Shown here in pieces: positions 1 through 8,724 of a stretch of 64,000 nt of DNA; the first letter of the stretch is position 1; each line of letters opens with the position of its first letter. Made by a program: the position numbers and the translations under genes. Source of the DNA: Campylobacterales bacterium (GTDB lineage Bacteria > Campylobacterota > Campylobacteria > Campylobacterales > Sulfurimonadaceae); the NCBI GenBank assembly GCA_038205935.1, contig JBBRBK010000005.1, positions 11,915-75,914 of the forward strand. Direction: 5' to 3'. The notes beneath the pieces were generated by a model. That model did not search any database. It saw nothing but the letters and a program-made list of their open reading frames with translations, and was not told the DNA's origin.

Positions 1-477
1 GAGATTTTACTAAACGCAAACAAAGCAGAGGTCATTAACCAAAACGGAATCCTAAAACTCAAACTGAGCACCGGCAATGGATACAGTTATACGCAAGATA
101 CTCTTTCACAAATCGACTATCAAACTATCGTCATCAATGATATGATGAAAACAGATCTGAGTACCTACAGAAAACCTCTTGAGTACTGGCTCAGCAGTGA
201 TAGAGCTGATAGTAAACGTCATATGTTTATCACTGATGTACTCTTAAGTATTTTTCCTATCATCTCTCTCTTTTTTGTAGCGGCTATGGGGATCGTGCAT
301 GCAAGACACCAAAAAAGTTATGTCTATCTCGCGCTCTTCCTTGCTATCGTGATCTATTATGGCGCAACAATCGGGCTTATCGATGTGATTGGTTTTTATA
401 CTATTCCTGTAGTATTTTTCTTATGGCTGATTGCGACCTATATTATCTATCAAAGAAAGATTGTAGCTCGCTTTTGA
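1..477 (+). CDS. LptF/LptG-family permease, C-terminal part (5' end outside the window)
   Basis: Frame is open from base 1 to the TGA at 475-477. Three C-terminal hydrophobic helices follow a soluble beta-rich stretch. Position directly upstream of truA matches Campylobacterota gene order. Confidence 0.7.
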   Translation, partial: EILLNANKAEVINQNGILKLKLSTGNGYSYTQDTLSQIDYQTIVINDMMKTDLSTYRKPLEYWLSSDRADSKRHMFITDVLLSIFPIISLFFVAAMGIVHARHQKSYVYLALFLAIVIYYGATIGLIDVIGFYTIPVVFFLWLIATYIIYQRKIVARF

Positions 478-1199
478 GAGTAAAAGCTACCATAGCCTAT
501 AACGGTACAAAGTTTTACGGCTCACAGATTCAAGAGAAAGAGATAACCGTCAACGGCACACTTCAAGAAGTTCTCGCCTCTCTTGGCATCCAAACAAAGA
601 TAGAAGCTTCAGGGCGCACAGACAGAGGTGTTCACGCTACCGGGCAAGTGATCCACTTTGATCTTCCCCCTTTTTGGACTGATATAAATAAACTCCAAGA
701 TGTGCTCAATCAAAAACTCCCGACCTCCTTACATGTAAGACAAATCGAAACTGTAAAAGATAACTTTCACGCAAGATACAGCGCTAAGCGAAGAGTTTAT
801 CGTTACATTTTAAAAGAGGGAAAAAGCAATCCTTTTCTAGATGAGTTTGTCACTTTTGTAGAAAAGATTGATATCGAACTGCTTAAAACTGCAATAAAAA
901 GTTTTGAAGGAACATACGATTTTCAGGGCTTTTACAAAAAAGGAAGTGACAACAAAACGACCATCCGTACGATTTATAAAGCCACTGCGTACGAACATAA
1001 AGCTTTTACAGTTCTTTACTTTGAAGCAAATGGATTTCTTCGCTCTCAGATACGTTTGATGGTGGGAATGTTACTTGGGTTAAACAGCGGAAAATATAAA
1101 ATCGAAGATTTAGAAAATCAACTCTTGTGTAAGCAAAAATTCTCCTTCAAACCAGCCCCGTCAAACGGGCTGTATCTGGCTAAAATCTTCTATTCGTGA
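474..1199 (+). CDS. truA: tRNA pseudouridine(38-40) synthase TruA
   Basis: Motifs AYNGTKFYG, ASGRTDRGVHA (catalytic Asp), FHARYSA, GFLRSQIR and APSNGLYL. Likely TTG start at 474 overlapping the upstream stop (TTGA). Confidence 0.95.
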   Translation: MRVKATIAYNGTKFYGSQIQEKEITVNGTLQEVLASLGIQTKIEASGRTDRGVHATGQVIHFDLPPFWTDINKLQDVLNQKLPTSLHVRQIETVKDNFHARYSAKRRVYRYILKEGKSNPFLDEFVTFVEKIDIELLKTAIKSFEGTYDFQGFYKKGSDNKTTIRTIYKATAYEHKAFTVLYFEANGFLRSQIRLMVGMLLGLNSGKYKIEDLENQLLCKQKFSFKPAPSNGLYLAKIFYS

Positions 1200-3193
1200 G
1201 CGTCTTTACGTTTGTTGAAGTAAGGAATATATTTCGCTGTTTCATAGATCGACTGCGTTAAGTTTTTCATCTTTGCAAAGAGTTCTGGATGCTCATTTCT
1301 ATGATCTACCATCGGATCTTTACTGTGGATATCGTAAAGCCCTTCAAATTTACCAGTTGTTCTGTAGCAGTATTGATCTCCGATGAGTCCCAAAGTCGGA
1401 TCTGCTCTATTCATCATTATGTACGCGTAGTGACTATCTTTAAACTTTGGATTAAACACATTGCGTCCCAATGTTGTCGACGTATAGTCAATTCCTGCAA
1501 GTGAAGCGATAGAAGGCACCGCGTCAAGCTCTGACATCACTGTATCGACGACTTTAGGATCTTTTATCATCGGTGAGTAGATCACAAACGGAACACGGTA
1601 AGAGCCAAGAGCAAGGTTTGAAGTGCTCTCAGCTGGTGGTACATGCTGGGAATAGCCATCTATGCCATGATCTCCCCAAAATACAAAGATAGTATTTTTA
1701 TAATACTCACTTTTTTTAGCCTCTGCCATAAAAAGTCCTACTGAATAATCCAAAAATCTAAATGAGTTATACTCTTCAAGTGAAGCAAATCCATATTTTT
1801 TCACATCAGCCAAACTCACATCTGTGCGAACTTTAAAACCGTGAGCATTTGTAGGGATCGTGTATGGTCTGTGATTTCCTGAAGTCTGGATGATAGCCAC
1901 AAAAGGCTCTTTTTCTTTAGCCAATACTTTACTTGATTCTATTGCCAGATCTGCATCGGAAATGCCCCAAACATCTGTTCTAGGAGTGCTGTATCTCTCT
2001 TCTTCATACAAATCAAGATTATCCATAGACTCATTGAGCATTCCACGGATATTTCCCCAAGAAGCAGAACCACCGATGAAATAGAGTTTTTTATAATCTT
2101 TAAAATCTTCAAAGATTGAGTGTTGATTTACAATCAATGGATTACGACTTGATGTTCCATGAAGTTCTACATCCGGCAAAGAAGTAAGTGTCGCATAGAT
2201 ACTTCTAGCTGTTCCAACAGTCGGAGTATAAAAGTTTTTAAAGTACCAACCCTTATCTGCATACTCTTTTAAGTATGGCGAAGGATCGAGTGGATTTCCT
2301 GAAACACTTGATTTATAAGAAGCAAATGATTCCATGATGACAATGACGACATTTGGCTTCGTGCCAACAGTCAAAGTTGGTTTTGCTTCACGTTTAAAAT
2401 TCAAGTTCGCTTTATCTTTATGAACGATTCCAAGATAATCAGCCATCACATCATAATGCTCTTTGACTATCTTTACGTCATACGAAGCACGACCATTTTT
2501 CCAAGTATCAAAGAAATAGTGTATCGGGTTATAAGTAAGCTGAGCGGCAAAAGGATGTTTAGAAAAAGAAGCATCCGACCAACGTAAAGGGTATTGGTCA
2601 AGTTTTCCCCAACCCGAAGCAAACATAATAAAAAAGCTTACAAAACCGATAATAATTTTAAGTTTCCATGGATATTTTTCTGCTCGAGTTTTTTGAAGTT
2701 TTGAGATATAACCATTGACTAAAAAAAGAAAAAAGGCGATGATAGACAGATAAGCGATAACGATCCAAATAACCGGATAACTCTCCCAAACCATCTCCAT
2801 AGATGTGTTAAAATCAATCAACAATCTTGCTGAAGTAAAGTCAAGTCTAGTCCCTAGATAAGCATAATATCCCACATCTACCGCATAAAAAAGCATGAAA
2901 GCAGCAAACATTACACCCAAATAAGCAAGCCAAAAAGTTTTTGCTTTCTTTACTTTAAACGGCGAAAAAAATGGAATCCAGCCAAGAAAAAAGAGAGGTG
3001 CTGTCATAATGACGATCATACGAAGATCAAATCTACTTCCAAGCCATAAAGACATCCAAAAGTCATAATTGCTTAAATGTGAAAGAGGATCAACAAAATA
3101 GAAGTAGAATGAAACTCTAAAAAGAGTCAAAAGCAAAGCCATTGCAATAATGAAAACAGTTAAGAAACGAAGTAAACGTGGAATTTTTAGCAC
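1190..3193 (-). CDS. LTA synthase family / alkaline phosphatase-superfamily sulfatase membrane protein
   Basis: About 5 N-terminal TM helices. Motifs PNVVIVIMES, GTARS (Thr nucleophile), SGNHRPY and FWGDHG. Confidence 0.85.
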   Translation of the reverse strand: MLKIPRLLRFLTVFIIAMALLLTLFRVSFYFYFVDPLSHLSNYDFWMSLWLGSRFDLRMIVIMTAPLFFLGWIPFFSPFKVKKAKTFWLAYLGVMFAAFMLFYAVDVGYYAYLGTRLDFTSARLLIDFNTSMEMVWESYPVIWIVIAYLSIIAFFLFLVNGYISKLQKTRAEKYPWKLKIIIGFVSFFIMFASGWGKLDQYPLRWSDASFSKHPFAAQLTYNPIHYFFDTWKNGRASYDVKIVKEHYDVMADYLGIVHKDKANLNFKREAKPTLTVGTKPNVVIVIMESFASYKSSVSGNPLDPSPYLKEYADKGWYFKNFYTPTVGTARSIYATLTSLPDVELHGTSSRNPLIVNQHSIFEDFKDYKKLYFIGGSASWGNIRGMLNESMDNLDLYEEERYSTPRTDVWGISDADLAIESSKVLAKEKEPFVAIIQTSGNHRPYTIPTNAHGFKVRTDVSLADVKKYGFASLEEYNSFRFLDYSVGLFMAEAKKSEYYKNTIFVFWGDHGIDGYSQHVPPAESTSNLALGSYRVPFVIYSPMIKDPKVVDTVMSELDAVPSIASLAGIDYTSTTLGRNVFNPKFKDSHYAYIMMNRADPTLGLIGDQYCYRTTGKFEGLYDIHSKDPMVDHRNEHPELFAKMKNLTQSIYETAKYIPYFNKRKDAHE

Positions 3194-3269
3194 TCAAAAC
3201 CCTTGTAATAATTTTGCTTATTATAGCCCTTTATCGTAAACCTATAAGTATGGTATCAACTATTTGCGT

Positions 3270-3275
3270 TATAAT
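3270..3275 (+). promoter_or_regulatory. putative sigma70 -10 box for dnaJ
   Basis: Perfect TATAAT about 25 nt upstream of the TTG start, with a GGAG RBS in between. Confidence 0.5.
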
Positions 3276-3300
3276 TTCGAAAAAATTATGGAGACTATTT

Positions 3301-4428
3301 TTGGAAAATCTAAGTTACTACGAAATATTACAGATCGAAAAAAATGCAGATCAGACGATCATCAAAAAAGCCTATAGAAGACTTGCTAAAGAATACCATC
3401 CAGATAAAAATCAGGGTAACGCTGAGGCTGAGACAAAATTCAAATTTATCAATGAAGCTTACCAAACTTTAAGTGACGAACAACAAAGAGCAGTTTATGA
3501 TAGATACGGCAAAGAAGGCCTTCAAGGCGGCGGCGGTAGAGGTCGCAGTTCTGGTATGGGCGGTTTTGAAGATCTTGGAAGTATTTTTGAAGAGATGTTT
3601 AACGGTGGCTTTAGTGGCGGTGGGCAAAGACGTTCACGCGCGGATATGGACAAATACCCTCTTGATATGAACGTCGATATGAGTATCAGCTTTAACGAGG
3701 CTGTCTTTGGATGTGAAAAAGAGATCAATTTCAAATATAAATCATCTTGTTCTAGCTGTAAAGGCACAGGTGCAAAAGATGGGAAACTCTCTACATGTAG
3801 TCAGTGTCAAGGCAAAGGTCAGGTCTACGTACGTCAAGGCTTTATGACTTTTTCTCAAACTTGTCCTGTATGTCAAGGAGAGGGCACAAAGCCATCTGAA
3901 AAATGTGGTGATTGTTCTGGTCATGGCTATACAGAAATCAAAGAGAGCGTAAAGATTAATGTTCCAAAAGGGATAGATAACGGAAATCGTTTAAGAGTCG
4001 GCGGACGTGGAAATATGGGTAAAGGTGGCCGCCGTGGTGATCTTTATGTAACATTTAGTGTTAAAGCCGACAAACACTTCCAGCGAAATGACAATGATGT
4101 TTATATCGAAATCCCTGTATTTTTTACTCAGGCGATCACTGGAAATGAGATCACTATTCCATCTCTCACAGGCGAGTTAAAACTCCAGCTTGATGTAGGA
4201 ACTCGTGATAAACAGCATTTTAAATTTAGAAATGAAGGTATTGAAGATGTTCACGGACACGGCAAAGGCGATCTTATTGCCCAAGTCAATATTACCTATC
4301 CTAAAAAGCTAAACGACAACCAAAAAGAACTTCTCTTAAAACTTCAAGAGTCTTTTGGCATCGAGTCAAAACCGCATGAAGGTGTGTTGGATTCTGCTAT
4401 TGAAAAGATGAAAAAGTGGTTTAAGTGA
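3301..4428 (+). CDS. dnaJ: molecular chaperone DnaJ
   Basis: J domain with HPD, G/F-rich region and four CxxCxGxG zinc-finger repeats. TTG start at 3301 is preceded by GGAG; the ORF-track start at 3178 is too long. Confidence 0.96.
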   Translation: MENLSYYEILQIEKNADQTIIKKAYRRLAKEYHPDKNQGNAEAETKFKFINEAYQTLSDEQQRAVYDRYGKEGLQGGGGRGRSSGMGGFEDLGSIFEEMFNGGFSGGGQRRSRADMDKYPLDMNVDMSISFNEAVFGCEKEINFKYKSSCSSCKGTGAKDGKLSTCSQCQGKGQVYVRQGFMTFSQTCPVCQGEGTKPSEKCGDCSGHGYTEIKESVKINVPKGIDNGNRLRVGGRGNMGKGGRRGDLYVTFSVKADKHFQRNDNDVYIEIPVFFTQAITGNEITIPSLTGELKLQLDVGTRDKQHFKFRNEGIEDVHGHGKGDLIAQVNITYPKKLNDNQKELLLKLQESFGIESKPHEGVLDSAIEKMKKWFK

Positions 4429-4772
4429 AAGAACATCTCTCGTCCATCATGATGGGAGCTTTTGCTCTTGCTTTGATTTTAAGTCTTTGGAAAATATATA
4501 AATTTATGCCAAATAAACAGCTTGAAGATGATGATAACACCAAAGAATCTGTAGATCAGCTTACATTTATTATGGTCGATACTATCCAAAAAAAGTCTAC
4601 TCCTCCAGCACACAAAGAACTCTTTATCTTGATGAAATCTCATCCTAATTTTGATGAAAAACATTTTTGGAGATTTAATGAAAACAGACTCCATCAACTC
4701 TTGCAAAAATATTACACGAGTCACAATTTAAATTCTATAGAAGAGATACATCAAAAGAAAATACAAAAGTAA
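4425..4772 (+). CDS. hypothetical small membrane-anchored protein
   Basis: GTGA overlap with the dnaJ stop, one N-terminal TM helix and a conserved-looking FDEKHFWRFNENRL segment. Confidence 0.7.
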   Translation: MKEHLSSIMMGAFALALILSLWKIYKFMPNKQLEDDDNTKESVDQLTFIMVDTIQKKSTPPAHKELFILMKSHPNFDEKHFWRFNENRLHQLLQKYYTSHNLNSIEEIHQKKIQK

Positions 4773-4790
4773 AATAGAGTCTCTTTTGTA

Positions 4791-5489
4791 TTATTTTTTC
4801 TCCGATATACTCATCTCATATATCCATTTTTGTAACTCTGCCATTGCTTCATAGTCTTTGTATAGCGTCTCTATCAACTTCTCGCCCTCTTCTATCAGGT
4901 GAGAATCGTATTTTTTATAAGCGGCCATCTCTTTATATAAAGAAAGCTCCACATGTGACATCTCTTTTGTAAAGCCTTTGGGATATCTTTTCATAGAGGG
5001 TTCTAAGGTCTTATAACCTTTATTGTCCAGTTCTTTTAATATAGAGGCTAACGCTTCTCTATGAGCGTCATCTTTGATATATGCACGATAAATATCAAGT
5101 ATCTCTTTTTCAAACCATCTTATACCCACTGATACAAAAAGTTCATCGATGCCATAGTGCATATAAAAGCTGCTGCTTTGAAGACGTTTGCCTTTGCCTT
5201 GCCAGAAGATATAGCCGACACGTGTTTTGATAGGATCGCTTAGAGCAGTTTTATTTCTCCGTATATCTTTATATATGCGAAACAAGGAAGCGTTTATTTT
5301 TGGGATTGCGTTGATGGAAGGTTCTATGGCCATGAGGTGTTCACCCATCTCTACGACAAAGTCGCGAGATGGGTTTAATATAAGATTTTCGTAGCGTGAT
5401 TTTTGAGTTAAAAACCACTCTTTATTATTGTTGTCACGGATCTCTTTTAAAAAAGGAATGATCTCCTTTGAAAATCCGTTAAAGATCAT
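4791..5489 (-). CDS. DUF2461 (TIGR02453-like) protein
   Basis: Motifs FLKEI..NNNKEWF, FRIYKDIR and LKR.PKGF-like segment typical of DUF2461. Confidence 0.8.
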   Translation of the reverse strand: MIFNGFSKEIIPFLKEIRDNNNKEWFLTQKSRYENLILNPSRDFVVEMGEHLMAIEPSINAIPKINASLFRIYKDIRRNKTALSDPIKTRVGYIFWQGKGKRLQSSSFYMHYGIDELFVSVGIRWFEKEILDIYRAYIKDDAHREALASILKELDNKGYKTLEPSMKRYPKGFTKEMSHVELSLYKEMAAYKKYDSHLIEEGEKLIETLYKDYEAMAELQKWIYEMSISEKK

Positions 5490-5494
5490 TATAC

Positions 5495-8400
5495 TTACTT
5501 TTCAGTCACTTTTCTATTTCTAAAAGCAATGACAATAAGTGCAAATACTATGAAGTATGTTATAGGCACAAAATCAGGGATAGGCACTGGATCACCTTTT
5601 GCATATGAGTGCATACCTGCAAGATAGTAATTTACTCCAAAATAGGTCATTAAAACTGAAGTAAATGCAAGCAATGAAATAACACTGTAACTAAATGGCG
5701 TATAAAGTGCTTTTATAAATCTAATGTGTACAACAACTGCGTACACTAAAATCGTCACAAGAGCCCAAGTCTCTTTTGGATCCCAGCCCCAGTAACGTCC
5801 CCAGCTCTCATTTGCCCAAACTCCACCAAGGAAATTTCCAACAGTCAGCATCGCAAGACCGATAAGTAAGCTCATCTCATTGATGGCATTGAGTTCTAAA
5901 ATTGAGCTGTTAATACGCGCTTCATTTTTAGAGTTTCTAAGTGCAAAAAGAAGTATTGTAATAAATCCAAGCAGTGCTCCAAGACCAAGGAAACCATAAC
6001 TCGCCGTAATCATAGAAACGTGGATGTCAAGCCAGTATGATTGTAAAACAGGTACAAGGTTTGTGACCTTTGGATCCATCCAGCTTAAATGCGCTACAAA
6101 AAGGATCAAACCGGCTAAGATAGATGTCGAAGCCAAAGTAATCGGTGAATGTTTTGAGAAGATAAATCCTGCCAAAACTGTCGCCCAAGCGATATAAACC
6201 ATAGATTCAAAACCATTTGACCATGGTGCGTGACCGGAGATGTACCATCTCACCGCAAGACCCAAAGTATGAGCAATAAAAAATGCTATCAATAAAAACA
6301 TTGCTGATTTGCTCATTATACTAAGGTTGAATGATGGTTTGAGTATTTTCACAAAAGAGAAACTCAAAAGTACAAAACCAATCAAGAAATAAAGTGGCCA
6401 CAATATTTCAAAAATATTTGAATGATTATAAAGTATTTCTAAACGGATTTTAGTTTTATCTGGATAAACAGCCGCTCCATAAAATTTTTGAAAGCTTTTA
6501 ACTCCATCAAGTGCAGTATTTGCTTTTGCCCAGTTTCCTGTTTTGATGGCATCATCAATACTTGAAAAGTAAATAACTGCTGCGTCTTTTACTTTGCCTG
6601 CAGACTCTTGATCAAAAGTTTGAAGCGCTTCTATCGTATCAACCCACTTTTGATTGACATCATTTGGTTTTGGCCAAATTTTAATAATTGAGCCAGTATA
6701 GACCATGAAAGCGACATTTACACGCTCATCCACTGACAAGACTGCTTTATCAAATTGATTTCTGTCTTTTGGTGCTTTACGTGAAGACTCTTCTGCATAC
6801 TGTGCAAGTTTATAACCTTCCATATTTGCCGGAGACTGGAAAAACTCTGAAAATGAAGCATATTTTGCATCTTCAGGAAGTCCAATAAATTTGTTGATCT
6901 CTTTATTTGAAGTACGGATCATTTTGATCTCACGCCATGCATCAGGGCGTATCATCATCCCAAGAACGATCTGGTTTGCATCAAGACCTAAAATAGAATT
7001 ACTTCTACTAATCTTATTTACAATCTCTGTTGAGAGCGTATCAAGAGGTTTCATTCTTCCATCGCTATCTTGAACGATAAGTTCGCCAAAAAGTGCTGCA
7101 TGTGCTTTATCAAAAGATTTTACAGTTTTGATCAGAGGATTGACTTCATCTGCATAAGAGGAAGTATATGAAAAAGCAAAAGCAAGCGCTAAAAATGCCG
7201 CAACTGCTCTACTTGATGCAAGTTTTTTTGCTTTGTTGGAGAGCTTTGCAAATCTACCATTTGGCATCAAAAGTGAGCCAAAAAGTCCAACAGCAAGCAT
7301 TAAGTAACCAATATATGTAACCGTTGTCCCTGGATCATTGTTCACAGAAAGTACTGTTCCTTTTTCATCTTGGTCATAAGAAGATTGGAAAAATCTATAT
7401 CCTCTATGATCTAAGATATGATTCATATAGATTTTAAAAGGTTCATTCATATTTTGTTCCTTATCTATCAAAGTAACCTCACTTGCATAAGAAGAAGGTG
7501 ACATAGAACCTGGATAACGTGAAAGTTCAAAATGATTTAACTTCAATGCAAATGGAAGAGTAAGAATCTTTGGACCATAATTTACAGAAACATTAACACC
7601 ATCGACCATCACAGTCTGGTCATCGCCAAGCTCATTCTTTTTACCATAAACAAGTACTGTTTTAGACTCTTTAGCATCACTTATTTCAAAGCGAAGGGCA
7701 TCAGTACCGCCACCCTTTTTACCTTTTACATTTGGATCACTCACAACCTCTTTACTTGCTAATGGATAAAACTCACGTAAAACGAAGTTTGTTGCATTGT
7801 AAGTATTGAGAGTGCGTGTTGCAAACTCTTCTTTTGTGCTCGCTTGTGAAACACCACTGCTTTTGTCATCCATCTTCAAGTATTTTAAATCCATCGGATG
7901 ATTTATCATCAGTTTGCCATTTTCGACGAAAAGTTTGACAACTGGTTTGTCAAATTTTTTCCCTGAATCAAAATCAAGAACAAGATCACCAGCTTCAAAG
8001 AAATCACCTTTTGACAACTGAACACTTTGACCTTGACCATCTAATGTCACCATCATATTTGCTATTGGTGTGCCATTTTTATCTTCAACAAGTTTTACAA
8101 TAGCATCTGGAATGTACTCCACAAGCTTTACATGTAGAGTCTTTCCGCCCGCTTGAATCTCTTTGTCAAAACTGTTATGTGTTCTTTTTGAAAGATAGAG
8201 CATCGTAGAATCTTCTACACTTCCTGCTTTAATGTTAACATAAGGCTCCGCACTTTGCATCATCGAAGATGTTTGTCCTTCGCGAATATGCATCATACCC
8301 TCAAATCCAGAGTAGCGAGTAACTGCGGCTCCTATGAGAATAACAAAGAATGAAACGTGAAATGTAAGAACAAGAATTCTCTCTTTTCTGTACATCTTAA

Positions 8401-8602
8401 AATTAATGATGTTCATAAAGAGGTTCAGAGCAAGAAGTCCTAAAAGTACCTCGAACCACCTAGTGTTATAGATATCGGCTTTTGCCGTCATCGTACCGAA
8501 ATCATTTTCTATGATAGTTGCATATCCTATAGAAAACGCAAAAATGAGCATTAAAACGGCCATCGTTTTCATAGAACTCATAAATGATAATATTTTTTTC
8601 AT
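5495..8602 (-). CDS. ccsA: fused cytochrome c biogenesis system II protein (CcsB/ResB + CcsA)
   Basis: WWD domain WANESWGRYWGWDPKETW, GHAPWSNGFES, ResB-like YPGSMSPSSYAS/FFQSSY, and C-terminal GMHSYA; 1035 aa. Confidence 0.93.
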   Translation of the reverse strand: MKKILSFMSSMKTMAVLMLIFAFSIGYATIIENDFGTMTAKADIYNTRWFEVLLGLLALNLFMNIINFKMYRKERILVLTFHVSFFVILIGAAVTRYSGFEGMMHIREGQTSSMMQSAEPYVNIKAGSVEDSTMLYLSKRTHNSFDKEIQAGGKTLHVKLVEYIPDAIVKLVEDKNGTPIANMMVTLDGQGQSVQLSKGDFFEAGDLVLDFDSGKKFDKPVVKLFVENGKLMINHPMDLKYLKMDDKSSGVSQASTKEEFATRTLNTYNATNFVLREFYPLASKEVVSDPNVKGKKGGGTDALRFEISDAKESKTVLVYGKKNELGDDQTVMVDGVNVSVNYGPKILTLPFALKLNHFELSRYPGSMSPSSYASEVTLIDKEQNMNEPFKIYMNHILDHRGYRFFQSSYDQDEKGTVLSVNNDPGTTVTYIGYLMLAVGLFGSLLMPNGRFAKLSNKAKKLASSRAVAAFLALAFAFSYTSSYADEVNPLIKTVKSFDKAHAALFGELIVQDSDGRMKPLDTLSTEIVNKISRSNSILGLDANQIVLGMMIRPDAWREIKMIRTSNKEINKFIGLPEDAKYASFSEFFQSPANMEGYKLAQYAEESSRKAPKDRNQFDKAVLSVDERVNVAFMVYTGSIIKIWPKPNDVNQKWVDTIEALQTFDQESAGKVKDAAVIYFSSIDDAIKTGNWAKANTALDGVKSFQKFYGAAVYPDKTKIRLEILYNHSNIFEILWPLYFLIGFVLLSFSFVKILKPSFNLSIMSKSAMFLLIAFFIAHTLGLAVRWYISGHAPWSNGFESMVYIAWATVLAGFIFSKHSPITLASTSILAGLILFVAHLSWMDPKVTNLVPVLQSYWLDIHVSMITASYGFLGLGALLGFITILLFALRNSKNEARINSSILELNAINEMSLLIGLAMLTVGNFLGGVWANESWGRYWGWDPKETWALVTILVYAVVVHIRFIKALYTPFSYSVISLLAFTSVLMTYFGVNYYLAGMHSYAKGDPVPIPDFVPITYFIVFALIVIAFRNRKVTEK

Positions 8603-8724
8603 TCTGACACCTTTCGTATTTAGCCTCGCATTGTAATGAAACTATGGTAAATATAGATATAAAAGAGAACTAGCCGTGATTTTATTAAGCTTCTTTAAAT
8701 TTAAAAATCTTATATATATAAAAG

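Noticed and set aside
423..473. N-terminal extension of TruA
   Set aside because: It overlaps the upstream CDS; homology begins at the TTG at 474.
3178..3300. Hydrophobic N-terminal extension on DnaJ in the ORF track
   Set aside because: It overlaps the divergent gene start and promoter. TATAAT, GGAG and TTG at 3301 define a normal start.
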